Shown here: positions 27,754-40,720 of the stretch, piece by piece
How the letters are laid out: every line of letters begins with the position of its first letter
Numbering within the stretch: the stretch's first letter is position 1
Source: Octopus sinensis
Taxonomy: Eukaryota
Assembly: GCF_006345805.1 (NCBI RefSeq)
Contig: NC_043008.1
Coordinates: 70,432,001-70,496,000, forward strand
Direction of reading: 5' to 3'
Length of the DNA stretch: 64,000 bases
Translations under genes and position numbers: made by a program
Notes under the pieces: generated by a model
Databases searched by the model: none
What the model saw: only the letters and a program-made list of their open reading frames with translations
What the model was told of the DNA's origin: nothing

Positions 27754-27811
27754 TGACTTTGTTTCACATGTATCTCCTCTTGTTTTGTCAAGTCCATTTT
27801 GTCTTTCTATG
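27754..27811 (+). CDS. Weak candidate exon (DFVSHVSPLVLSSPFCLSM)
   Basis: Acceptor cctcttcag after a long pyrimidine tract; donor ATG|gtatga. Phase is compatible with the 26819 donor. Confidence 0.3.
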
Positions 27812-30039
27812 GTATGAATCCTTATTTGCACATATGTTTGTGTCTGTGTTCAGTATGTGTGTTTTGTGTGCATGTATGTATATATAGATATATATATATA
27901 TCTATATATATCAAATTTGATTGCATTTCTTCTTAGAGAGGCTTCTACCCCTCGAACTCCCTACTTCATTCTTTACATATCTTCATACATTTTTTATGGT
28001 AATGCTTTTTTTTGTATATATATATATATTATTATATATATATATATATATAGTTCAACCCATGCTAGCATTGAAAACGGACGCTAAACGATGATGATGA
28101 TGATATATATATATATATATATAATACTTATGTATGTGTCTGTCTGTATGTGCATGTATGTCTATCTCACTTTCTCATTATATACATGCATACATATGTA
28201 CACACACATATTTATATACACAAGCATACATATATACGTATCTCTCTCTCTCTTTATATATATATATATATATATAGTTTATTGAAACTATGCTTATCTT
28301 GTGGCTTGAGTTCCATGCCACTGCAATCTTTTCAACATAGTAAGATGTAATGTAAAGGTACGTTCCCTGCTATTTTAGATAGATCAAATGCTTATGTAGA
28401 GGCTCTTTCATTAATTATCACTTATAAATAATGCATAGCGTCAATCAACTTTTCGCCAATTCACAATCTACTTCACACTCGGTAGACTAAATAACTATGG
28501 CTCTCCCTCCTCCCTTCTTCTAAAACCCAAACTTTCCTTCCGTTAATGCACTCGAGATAAGTGTGTTTAATGAATGTTAAATAACGTTAAAAATTAGTAG
28601 ACTGTGTATGCGTGTTGATACAGAATCCCTAGTGTTTAAAATTCGGACCCTGTTATGAGGCGGAGTAAAATGAAAACTAACAGCATTAGAAGCCTGTTTT
28701 ATTGAGAAATGCGCTTTCAGCCGAGGTCTGATACAGTTATCTCCCTTTAATTCTTCGTTAATCATCAAGTAAATAATTTCTCCCTCAATGATACTCTGAT
28801 TTATTTACATAAATCAATATATGAACATAATCGAATATCTATGAAATCTTTCTGTCTCTGTCTGTCTCTCTCCCCCCTCTCTCTGTTTGAATGTGTGTAA
28901 TTTGCGTGTGAGTATTTGTGTGTGTGTGTGTGTGCATCAGAATGTGTATGTGTTCTTATGTGTGTGTATGATTGTATTATTGCATATAAACCTAAGTATA
29001 TGTGTAAATGTGTATTGCAGTGTAAGTGTGGTATATCTGACAATATGTATACTTGCGTGCGCGCACGTGTGTGGTATATGTGACCGCGTTTGTGTGTGTG
29101 TGTGTGTGTGCGCGCGTGCGCGCTTATATCATGCGCTCTGGCTTGCTCAGTAAATTATCGATATTTGAGAATTATTAAGGGAGCAGTTATTTTATTGAAC
29201 CACTATAAAGGGAAGTAACTGTAAATGATTCAGACAAAAATCGATATCCATCATTTTTGATTCCATTCTCTAAAAATCCCCAGAACTCCTCTCACTTAAC
29301 ACAAGGCAGTCACCAGACAATTTGGAAAAAGCTACAATTCTCCTCTCAATATTTACCGATTTCCATTTTTTTCTTCTCTCTTTTCATTCCCTATATTCTT
29401 CCTGTTCAGTTTAGTAAATTATATTCTGTTTCCTTCAATTGGGGCAAATAAAAAATTACCTTCACCAATAAACATCCTTAAATTTTTGTTCTGTCTCAAA
29501 TCTACAGTTTTATTCAGTCAGAGTTTATTTTGGTTTCTATGGTGTTTCAGTGGAAGAAAGTACGAGATTTTCACCTGAATGGGGCACAAGTCAATCACAG
29601 GTTTAACACAAAGCTGTAGGTGGTATTCATTTGCAGTGGAGTGGAATGGAGTAATGCACAATGAAGAGGTTTGCTCAAGAACACGATACACTGCCATGTC
29701 TGGGGTTCAAAACCATGACTTTATGATTGCACTTCCAACACCCTAATAACTACACACACACACACACACATATATATATAAACAATGAACTTTCAGTTTC
29801 TGTGTTACAAATCCATTCACAAAGCTTTGGTCAGTCTGATGCTGTGTTTAGATAAAATATTTGCCCAAGGTGCTGAAACCACAATCATGTGGTTGGAAGG
29901 CAAACTTCTTGGCACGCCTGTGCCTATCCATGCAGGTCAGTGATGGTTCTAATCAGGTTTTGTCCCTGTTGAAGGATGGAAAAGGGTGATAACATTTTCC
30001 TGATATATGTAGTGATTGTTGGATTCTTGTCAAGGTGAG

Positions 30040-30460
30040 ATTTATTTTCTTTCACCAGTCAGATAAAGAGGGACAATGCCCTCTGCCTTTGTAGGGTTTC
30101 CTACATTTTCAGTTTGGATTATATACTGTACCTGTCTAGGAGTGAAAGGACTTGTAGAAGGTAAAGCAAGTGAGAGACAGAAATAGTTAATGTTAAGGAA
30201 GCTGGGAATAGGTCTGGGGCAAGAAGGATTAAGCCAAGCTTTTTGTGTTGGATGTGGGTGTCTGTGAGGAAATATTGCTGTGTGGGTGGTCAGATAAAGC
30301 TGGAGTGGTGTAGAATAGACAAGCTCAAGCAATCACAGACCATTATAATGACATCAGAAAATTGCAGAGAATATATACATTTTAATTGTAAGGCAATGTC
30401 ACTAAAGGTGTTGTTTAGCCTCAAGTTATCTCTCATTGAGCAGACGTAAATTCAAAAGCC
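30040..30460 (-). mobile_element. Highly decayed LINE fragment
   Basis: Purine-rich + strand; the minus frame has KAWLNPSC...GIVPLYL, reminiscent of the LINE EN-RT linker. Confidence 0.35.
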
Positions 30461-30738
30461 TTTCAGCTATGACTACCCTGTCTTTTTGATATCTAAAACT
30501 ACATTGTTAGGTGTGATTTTATTTTTATAAATGGCATGGTGTGATTTAGGGCACATTGGTTATTGTTTCTTGCAGATTGAGCAACTACTCAGAGGATTCC
30601 TTGCTGATTTATCTCTACTGGTGAAGTGTTTGGAGATGATAGCTTGCTTATCAAGTGGTGGCTTCTATTTGTTTATCACTTAGAATTTCAGAATAAATTT
30701 TGTTCAGGCAATAGACTCACACTGCTTGAATAATTGAT

Positions 30739-31052
30739 GTGGAGGTGCAATGGCCCAGTGGTTAGGGCAGCGGACTAGCAGTCCTAGGCTCATGGTTTCG
30801 ATTCCCAGACTGGACGTTGTGAGTGTTTATTGAGTGAAAACACCTAAAGCTCCACAAGGCTCCAGCAGGAGGTGGTGCCGATCCCTGCTGTACTCTTTCA
30901 CCACAACTTTCTCTCACTTTTTCTTTTGTTGGCCTGCTCGCTTAGCCAGCGGGGTTGCGTCATTTGAAGGCTAAAACAATGTGAAGTACATTGTGTCCAG
31001 TGATGTGTAGCAACATCTGATAGCCTGGTTGGTCACGGTGATCACAGTGATA
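30739..31052 (+). mobile_element. tRNA-headed SINE family G
   Basis: A-box tggcccagtgg and B-box ggtttcgattccc, followed by a non-tRNA body. Confidence 0.8.
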
Positions 31053-31084
31053 TAAAATTGATCCATGTATGTTTACATCAGTGT

Positions 31085-31125
<41 letters not shown>

Positions 31126-31128
<3 letters not shown>

Positions 31129-31370
31129 GACAGTCAGCTGAAATGTTCGTAGGCTGACCAAGATACTCTCATGGAATGTGACCAAATGGGGTTTATTTTT
31201 CAACATTAACCCCTTACCTAAGCTCATCAAATCTCCCTCTCAAATTTTTATGCCATTATCATTTAATGTGAATGTAGTTCTGGTCCTTGTCAACCCAGCA
31301 TGTCACTTGTTCATTCTGCACAAATCCTCACTCCTGCATTCATCATGTGGCTGATATCTTTTATAAGCTT
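31126..31370. mobile_element. Mariner-like MITE remnant
   Basis: The end tatgacagtcagctgaaatgttcgtaggct resembles the TA-flanked mariner TIR at 63325. Confidence 0.35.
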
Positions 31371-32751
31371 GTTCATTCGTTTTATGTTTTTCATCTGTTT
31401 TTCCATGCTTGCCTGGGTTTCATGAATATTTAGTGTGAGGCATTGTTTTACAGGTGAATGTCCTTCCAGAAGCTAACTCTTAATTGTTTAGTCCACACAG
31501 ATTCAAAAACACAAAGTGCATGGATGCTTTGTTGACAGGAGAAACTGACATCAAAAGCATCCAGCATTCTTTCATACAGGCAATTTTAAATGTAAACAAA
31601 TATGCACACATGCACACAGTTATGTTTAAATATGTGTATGTGTGTGTGTGGTGGGTTTTTTTTTTTTTTTTCAGTCTCTCTCTACTAAATTAACTCACAA
31701 GGGGTTTGTTGGCCTATTGCTTTGGGAGAAAATTCTTGCCTAAATTACTGCACAATAGAGCAATCTCAAAACCACATGGTTAGAAAGGAGCTTGACCTCA
31801 CACCCATGACTGTACCCAGTCACAATTTAAATCTGTCACCTTTTCTGCATTTTATTCTTGTTAACATGACATAACCATCATATTCTGCTCATCTAATTTC
31901 TCACAAAATTTTGGTTATATTCATATTGATATTTCATATTTTAGTTTGATACATACATGAAAATATTTTTTATGTTTATAACATATTTATTTATATACTT
32001 AATGCTTTTGTCATCATATTTGCAACTAGAAATAGGATCACTGTATACATCACAAATAATTTTGGCAGAGTTTAATTTGAATGGATCTAGCATCATCATC
32101 ATCATCATCATCTTCATTGCCGTCATATAACTTTACTGGTAATAATAATCTTTAAAGAATAATTGTGGTGTTTTTATATTTACAAGATTATTGATAGAAA
32201 TAGAGGTTTGATTGATTAAAATGTAGATTTGAGATTACTTTGTCTAAATTTTGACAGGGTTTCATATTAGACATTATAAACACTGGTGCCAATTGTATTA
32301 ACCCAAGCCAGTGGTCTTCTCATTAGGTAAATGTTTGTAGCATGGAGATAAGAGACATGTGTGCCTGAGCAACTTCCAGTCTTCTGCAAAAAGTTAGGTT
32401 TCGACCTCCAAAAATAAATGCAGATGTATAGAGTAAATTGAACAACAGGAACCCTTGAAAAAATAGTGAGAACTTAATGACAGTTGAATCCACAACCCTT
32501 TAATTGACATCATAGTTGAACTACCTCTATAATGTAAGCTCTCAACCTTCAAAATAATTCTAGTTTTCATTTTAATACATGGGTATATGCAAGCACCAAT
32601 TATGTAGTTGTTTTAAAATTTGTTTATTTGGATTAATAAATATTATTGGTTGTTTTGATTATGCATTTCAATGTTAAAAATTGATTTAATCCCAAAATAT
32701 TTTCCTCATTTTTCATAAATTTTGTGATTATCTGCTTATTTATTCAGTTCA

Positions 32752-32812
32752 GCATTCCACTAATGTATTCAGCCTTCCACTAATGTATTCAGCCTTCCAC
32801 TAATGTATACTC
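32752..32812. repeat. 3x 20-bp tandem repeat
   Basis: (ttccactaatgtattcagcc) x ~3. Confidence 0.9.
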
Positions 32813-33182
32813 TTTGGCATTTAAGCCAGCCAAAATATTCCACCTATTTTATGTTCAAACTTGCCTGATCTGGCCTGTCACACAAACCCTACAATATCAT
32901 TCCAAAAATAAACAATCACATCATGAAACATCTCAAAGCTACATGATAATGCATGATTAACCCATTAGTATTTGTACTAGCCAAATCTAGCCCAAACATT
33001 CTACCTGTTTTATGTTCAAACCAACCAGATTGAGTCACTCACACCAATGGTACAATGCCATTCAAGAGATATACAATCACATCATCAAAATCCTGAAGGT
33101 ACAAGAAAATGTCTGATTAATTCAGAACAATGTCAATAAATAAGAATTATAATACAATGTAATCTGAATATTAAAGGGTTAA
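32805..33182. mobile_element. Two tandem copies of a small MITE-like repeat
   Basis: Duplicated aatattc-acct-ttttatgttcaaac ... aatcacatcat; the second copy has TIR-like ends ttaaccc-ttag / aaagggttaa. Confidence 0.65.
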
Positions 33183-33319
33183 ATTCAAAACAATATAAAT
33201 GATTAAGTATTAGATATGACACAGAACTCTGAATACTAAAGGATTAAATTTTTCTTCTCTCTCTTTCTCTCTCTCTGTCTTTATGTGTGTGTAATAATAA
33301 TTTTTTTTTTCTTTTTCAG

Positions 33320-33426
33320 GAACCTCAATTCAGGGTACAGACGGTAACGGCTGTACTCTTCTCCAAATACACTGGGTTGAGATTCTATGTACTACTTTGT
33401 TGTTCGGCATATTGGCGCACCAGTAA
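33320..33426 (+). CDS. Probable terminal coding exon with GPI-anchor-like C-terminus: (G)TSIQGTDGNGCTLLQIHWVEILCTTLLFGILAHQ*
   Basis: Very strong acceptor (T10 ctttttcag|G). Small-residue omega-like site (DGNG) followed by a ~20-aa hydrophobic tail and stop, with AATAAA downstream. Protein family not recognised. Confidence 0.55.
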
Positions 33427-33980
33427 TGGTTACATGCCTCCTGCCACATACATCATAGATTCACTTCCTCGACAATTACCTCCCACCCCCACCACCAACC
33501 ACCACCACCCAGCCTCGAACCCCTCCCCCACCACCACACAGAAGATTCACCCCTTCCCCTACTTACCCATGTACCTTCAACTACCCACCCTTCCACCTGC
33601 CCTACCAACTCCACTCTTCCTCTTCATGGTGACAGGTAGAGTCACATATGAAAACTATTATGTTACAAACTACTTCTACCACCACCACCACATACCACCA
33701 CCACCACCACTACCACCACCACCACTAATACAACAGCAACAACAAGAAGAACAACACCATAATGGTATTGGAAATTTCACCTCCTACAAATATTTTTAAC
33801 GAACCAGTTGACTTGGCAGAATTAACTTCATTAATTATTTAGCATTTTTAAAAAAAGAAATTTTTTATTAATTTTCTTATATGTCTTTGTTTCGTTTTTG
33901 TTTCTTTGTTTTTTCTTGTATTTTCTAAAAAAAAAATATTTCATTATCTTTTTTTCATTATGTTTATTATTACGAAATAC

Positions 33981-33986
33981 AATAAA
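33981..33986 (+). promoter_or_regulatory. Candidate polyadenylation signal
   Basis: AATAAA ~550 nt after the stop, following a U-rich tract. The hexamer is common in AT-rich DNA. Confidence 0.3.
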
Positions 33987-34350
33987 GACAATATACAAAT
34001 GCATAAAAAACAATATATATATATAGAGACATATATATATTTCCAGTTTCTCACAAAGTTCTTATAAACCATGAGCCTATAAGAATAGGGTGTACTTACA
34101 TCAGTCTATAAAAATACACACACACATATATATATAATTTTTACAGAAATATAGATGAACTAGAGAAAGTATACATACCAATTACAAACAAGTACGTATG
34201 CACGGGTGTATTTTCATATATACACACACACACTCATATGTATATATATATGCATACACTCATATATATATATATATATATATATGAGTGCATGTAAATA
34301 TCTCTGTCTCCCCTTTGTGTCTCTCTATCTTCACACACTCCCATACATGC

Positions 34351-34388
<38 letters not shown>

Positions 34389-34396
34389 GTATATAC

Positions 34397-34429
<33 letters not shown>

Positions 34430-34607
34430 TGTATAGAGAGAGAGGAAGAAAACGTGTGAGAAAGAGGGAGTGAAGGGAAATTAGAGAGAGAGGAGGAGGA
34501 GAGAAATAGAGAAATGTATATGTTTATACACTAAAATGTAGAAATATTTACACACACATTTATGCATATAATTATATATGAATATGCATAAATATTTGTA
34601 TGTATAT

Positions 34608-34655
<48 letters not shown>

Positions 34656-35226
34656 CATATACACACACACATATATATATATAGCTATTATAGATTTATG
34701 TATATATGTACATATATGTGTATGGATGTAGGTATATATGTATGTGTATTATACATATGGGTACTTACTTATTTGAATACACATGTGCACATAAATATAT
34801 ATATTGAATATATATGTATACATACGCATAAATATATGTAAAACATACATAGTTAACCAATTAAGATAAAAATATATAATTTTATTATGGCACTGTATAT
34901 ATACATGCTTTCAAGATAGAAAAAAAAATTCATTGAAATCTGTATAGACACATGCATGTATTCCAGATAAGTGACACAAACATATATATATATATGCACA
35001 CACACATGCACCTAAACCTGAGTGAAAACAAGGCATATATATATGTGTTTGTATGTGATATGTGTGCCTATCTTTCTCTACCTACCTTTATACATTTACA
35101 CACACACACATATGTATGTATATTGATGTTCGTTTCTATGTTTAGTTATATTAAAAACAATTTTGCATTAATCTGATGGGTTACTCTATACTTTTGTGGA
35201 GTACAGATTTATTATTCATATAAAAG

Positions 35227-35332
35227 AATGTTGTTGTTGACAGTGATTTCGAAGTTTTGGCCCGCTAAGCCATCAACAGTTTGACAATGGCTTAGCTGGC
35301 CAAAACTTCGAAGTCACTATTCAACAACATTG
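35227..35332. ncRNA. Pre-miRNA-sized hairpin (or small foldback element)
   Basis: 32-bp stem 35242-35273 / 35287-35318 (1 G:U, 1 mismatch), 13-nt loop and additional basal pairing. Confidence 0.4.
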
Positions 35333-36182
35333 CTTTTGAGGAATTACATATATATATATATATATATATATATGAGTATGTATGTGTGTACATATGTGCA
35401 TGTATATCATGAGTTTATTGAGAAATCATAAAAGAATGAGAAAGAAAATTAAGATATTCAATATACTTAATGTGGAGCCCTATAGTATGTGTTAGGGTTA
35501 ACACTCATCCTGTATACACTATAGCTAAGATGGTGAATGTATAGCATATGAGATCTTTTCCATACTCAGCTATGATAAAATATATATATGCATGTATTGT
35601 ATATGTTGATAGTGTCAAGATTAATACAAGGTCACTGTATTCTACTCTCATAATATGTGTGTATTTGATATGACTGAGTAGACATTTGTGTTATAAGAAG
35701 AAGTACATATTATGGCTGTGTTCCTTTCTGGCCACTGCCACCCAGCTGGGGCCAGTAAATGATTAAGAATAGAGTATACATCAGTTTACATATTGTATAT
35801 ATTATATATCAGCAAAGATGGTGGGGTACTAACTCGTATAATGACTTAAACTGCAACAGGGTAAATACTTCATTTATGATGTTGTGAATAATCCATTTAA
35901 GATAGAGTACCCTGCCTAGTTAAGGCATATTATACTCCCATGCTCACTTTGATATTGTATATAATGGAGTGAAAATATTTGACATATAAAGGCAGTGCCC
36001 CAGCATGGCCACCGTCTAATGACTGAAACAAGTGAATAGAAATATATATATCTGAGCCATCTCTTGGTGGATACTCTGATTAAAATATATACACTGTATC
36101 TGAGTGAGAGAGAGAAGTTGAGACTCAATAATTTGCTGGTGCAAGATACTGAAGAATGAATCTTCGGTTACATTAGTCATAC

Positions 36183-36264
36183 CATATTCCCGGTAAATAA
36201 ATCTGTCTTTTCTATACTTGTCTTCACCACCTGTTGGAAGATTTCTAAAGTGTAGGTGAATCTT
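36183..36264 (-). CDS. Orphan candidate exon on the minus strand
   Basis: Acceptor ttttttcactctcaacttcaag and donor ATG|gtatga. Two frames are open (KIHLHFRNLPTGGEDKYRKDRFIYREY or RFTYTLEIFQQVVKTSIEKTDLFTGNM). Confidence 0.3.
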
Positions 36265-36689
36265 CTTGAAGTTGAGAGTGAAAAAATAGGAATAAGAATT
36301 GAGATTTATTTAAATTAATGAAATAAAAATAATATGCAGAAGAGAAAGAATTGGTGCAGGTGACAGGTGGCCAACTATCTCTGCTAATTATTTATAAAAT
36401 ATTATTGTACCTGAAGATTAATCTATGTAGAAGTTAGTCACTAAATCTACAATGGTAGATAATCCATATACTCATACCTGCAATATATATTATGATATAT
36501 ATGTGTATATGTATGCATACATACATATATATACATACATATACATATATATATGAGTAAACACATATAGAGACAGGTACTCTCTCTACAGGAAGAAACC
36601 TGTTCTGCACTGGGTCCTTATTTCATACTTTAATCTCTCATCTTCTACCATAAAGCCTCTTGTTTCAGGCTTTGTAGTCTTGCAAGCTG

Positions 36690-36890
36690 CAGAGCAACTT
36701 CACCAGTGTTGGTGGTATGTAAAGAGTACCCAGTATAAGCTGTAAAGTGGTTGGCATTAGGAAGGGCATCCAGTCAGAGAAACTATGTTGAAGTAGGTAG
36801 TCAAGCATGTTGCAGTCCTTCGGCCTGCCAGATCTTATCAAACAATCCAACCTCTGCCAGCATGGAACACAGACATCAAACGATGATGAT
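36690..36890 (+). mobile_element. Family B copy, decayed
   Basis: gtggttggcattaggaagggcatccag...gcatggaacacagacatcaaac(GAT)n. Confidence 0.75.
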
Positions 36891-37289
36891 ATAATTAGAA
36901 AAAAGATGGACGAACAATTCTCTGTGGTAATTATTAGTTTATATGAGATGTTACATATACATATCTAAACTACAAGATGAAGATAGCTCTTTACAACCAT
37001 TTCAAAGCTGCAGCAACTGGCTGATACCATATAGCATATTACACAAACAGGTGTGTCTAATGAGACAATAATTTTCTCATTAAGCAAAAAAAGAAAAAAA
37101 AGAAAAAGTATTATTAACCCACATGAAGCAAGATATATGAATATCGACAAACTGGAAATGACAAATATTCTCATTATACATACACACACACACACACACA
37201 CACACCATATATAAGACAACATGTTACAGTTAAATCAGGCTGCATTGTTAGTTTTTATGGCAAATATATCATTGTGGTACATTATATCA

Positions 37290-37640
37290 TTATTTTATTA
37301 ACCAGTGTACTTTGAGTTTATCATTGTTTAAACATCGGGGTACATAATTTTAGTTACTGGGTGCATAGATTTATCATTGAACTGTGTTGTTTAAGCATCA
37401 AGGTACATGATTTTAAAAACAAGGTACAATGCCATATCATTGAGATACACTGTGTGAACAGGGTACATCATTTTATCAATAGGGTACATGGATGTTTCAT
37501 TAAGCTATGTTACTCTAGTATCATCATACATAATTTTTATATTACATAACTTCATGCTGTTGTTAATGTACCTTGTTTTACTTTAACATCATAGTACCTC
37601 AGTTTCATTATTACAGTACCTAAATTTAATAACTGGATTT
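37290..37640. repeat. Old degenerate minisatellite
   Basis: Recurrent g(g)gtacat / ttatcattg units at ~30-40-nt spacing. Confidence 0.55.
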
Positions 37641-38659
37641 CATGAATTTAAGAATTGTGGAATAAACATGTTTTCAGTTGGTGTATTTCATTGTATTATT
37701 ACCATATTATATTATATCACAAGACTACTTCAATTTCGTTTTCGAATAGGATACCTCAGTTTGCATTATTTTGGTATGTTATATTTGAATACCTGGCACT
37801 AGCATTGGGAAAATTCTTGCTAACAATGGGTACCTTCTTTTTTCATTTGAGTCTGTCGTTCTAACATTGGATAGCTGTTTTATTACTGGGAAATCTTCAT
37901 ATCATAAAGAACTGATGCCCTCAGTCCAAACACATTTTCCAGTATTCAAATTCTTTTTCCAGAATAGAAAAAAAAAGAACAGCAAAAAATAAAATAAAAA
38001 CAATATGAAAGCAAAGATAAGCAATATTGCAACTTCTACTAATACTACTACTACTATTACCAGCACTACCACTATAAATTATAATAATAGTAACAATATA
38101 TGATTAAAAGGCAAATAAATTGAAAAAGAGATGAAATGAATGAAGTTATCAAAGTTCAGAAAGACAAATACATACATATATATATATAAATACCTATGTA
38201 TATACATATATATATATATATATAAAACGACACACACGTGCACACACAAAAACACATAGGCATACTTATATATGTATACACATATATACGTGTGTGTGTG
38301 TTTATATTTTTCATTTTTTTTTTAGCTTTAATCTTTCTTTTACACTTGTGTGTATGTACCCACGCCTATAACATAAGAGTGAGAATGGAGGCATAAAATC
38401 TCTCCATATATAGTTACTAGGAGTAATGAAACATCTGGGTATATATATATATATATACATATATGTGAGTGTGTATGTGTGTAACCATGTATATATTACT
38501 GCCTTTAGCTCAGGACATATAGAGAAGAGAATGCCACACAGCTAAAAAAAACTTTTACACCCAAATTTAAAACATTTCATAAAAATGTCTGATGAAACAT
38601 GCCAGCAGCATCAACAAAGAATAGGAGTTATCTCCCTTGGTTGTTTTCTGTACGTTTAT

Positions 38660-38742
38660 CTTCTTCTGATTATTATTATTATTATTATTATTATTAATAT
38701 TATTAACATTATCATTTTTATCATTATTATTATTATTATTAC

Positions 38743-38776
<34 letters not shown>

Positions 38777-38940
38777 ATTATTAACATTATCATTTTTATC
38801 ATTATTATTATTATTATTACTATTATTATTATTATTATTATTATTATTGATAAAGGGAATGAAGTACTGTTTTCTTTCTCATTTCTTGTTTTGTTCCTTT
38901 ATTATTATTATTATTATTATTATTATATTATTATTATTAT
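38660..38940. repeat. (ATT)n array with an internal ~78-bp duplication
   Basis: Seen directly. Confidence 0.9.
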
Positions 38941-39160
38941 TGATGTTGCTGAAGATGATCTTTCCGGGGTATTTTTTGTTGTTTTTTTTATCTTTGTTTC
39001 AATGTATAGATTCTTGCTAAACATCATATGACACAGCAACTGGAAAGTGCAGAGTAAAATGATCAAAACAGAATATAAAAATCAAGAACTGCATAATATA
39101 AACAAAACACATGCACACATAGGCATATACATACACACACACAAACACACACACACAAAC

Positions 39161-39195
<35 letters not shown>

Positions 39196-39659
39196 CATAT
39201 GTGTGTGTGTGTGTCTGTGTGTGTATACTTGTATTCATATTTATAGATATAAACTTATACATGTGATTGTTCTAAGGAAATTTAGGGATCAGACAGAACA
39301 GTACAGTTTTTGATGGGGAACTCAGTAAAAGTGTTGACTTATATAAACACACACACACACATGCAATATACATACATATATATAGTCGATGTGTCAGGAA
39401 CAGTACTACAACACAACTCTCATACCCTGCATTATAGGCTTTGTATGGTATTGTTTTTTTTATTATGTTTCAAACCTATTAATATCTGGTGTCAGTCTCC
39501 CTGATATGCTGTGACCATTGGCTGTTTCTAACCTCATCTACTCTGACACTGCCGGTAACAGTAAGGGCATCCATTCTGAGTACTCAGTTAAAGTCTCATT
39601 GCTTGAAGAGGCCTGTGAGTCTCACTCCAGTATTGGTCAAATAAATCATACATGTCCTT

Positions 39660-39679
39660 ATATATATGTATATATATAT

Positions 39680-39717
<38 letters not shown>

Positions 39718-39916
39718 CGTGTGTGTGTGTGTACATATATATGCATGTATATATCTATGTTTGTATACATATACGTTTGTTTATATATATATATATATAT
39801 ATATATACATTTATATGTGTGTGTATATCTGTATATGTATGTTTATATGTGTGCATATATATAGATGTATGTATTATATGTATATATATATTTATATCTA
39901 TATATGTATGTATATA

Positions 39917-39961
<45 letters not shown>

Positions 39962-40074
39962 CTATATATGTATGTATTATATGTATATATATATATTATA
40001 TATATATATTATATATATATATGTATGTATATATGTATATATATATATATATTTATATCTATATATGTATGTAT

Positions 40075-40105
<31 letters not shown>

Positions 40106-40129
40106 CTATATATGTATGTATTATATGTG

Positions 40130-40160
<31 letters not shown>

Positions 40161-40267
40161 ATATGTATGTATGTATATATGTATGTATTATATGTATATA
40201 TATATATACATATGTGTATTATGTGTATATATATATATATATATGTATTTATATATATATATGTATG

Positions 40268-40309
<42 letters not shown>

Positions 40310-40335
40310 GCATGTATATATGTATATAGCTATAT
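39660..40335. repeat. Compound (AT)n/(GT)n/(ATGT)n array
   Basis: Seen directly; source of the 280-aa and 223-aa spurious ORFs. Confidence 0.95.
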
Positions 40336-40683
40336 AATGTCCCTGGAATTTTTTTATTAATTTTTGTTTGAATAAATTTTGTTGTTGTTGTCAATTATAT
40401 GCTTATTTTTTTATTTTTATTTATTTTTATTCAATTTTTTTTCATGGGTATTAGTGGGAAGAGCTAGTTGGTATTGAGAAACTTACACTGGTTTACTGCA
40501 AAGACAAAATGAGAAAAAAAGATATATATAAGATGGAGGATTGAAACAAAGTGGAGCAGGAGGAGTAGGTGGAGGTGGCTGATTAGGTGAATGAGGAGAG
40601 TAGGAGGACATGGAGGAGACAGAATAAGAGAGCACAAAGCGATATAAAAAGTGGATATGAAATAAAAGACAGACAGACGTGTA

Positions 40684-40720
<37 letters not shown>

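Noticed and set aside
28346-28810. Solo LTR (TGT...ACA)
   Set aside because: No target-site duplication, no terminal inverted repeat beyond 3 nt and no second copy.
29936-30034. NHL-like reading VSDGSNQVLSLLKDGKG**HFPDICSDCWILVK ending at a GTGAGA donor; considered stop recoding by A-to-I editing
   Set aside because: Two consecutive in-frame stops, and the segment is continuous with an antisense decayed LINE-like region. There is no evidence for recoding.
39518-40360. 280-aa ORF and the many other Y/I/C/V/H/T-rich ORFs in the track (for example 3018-3669, 19606-23346, 38585-39031, 61441-62595)
   Set aside because: Translations of (AT)n, (AC)n and (ATT)n microsatellites, which lack stops in some frames.
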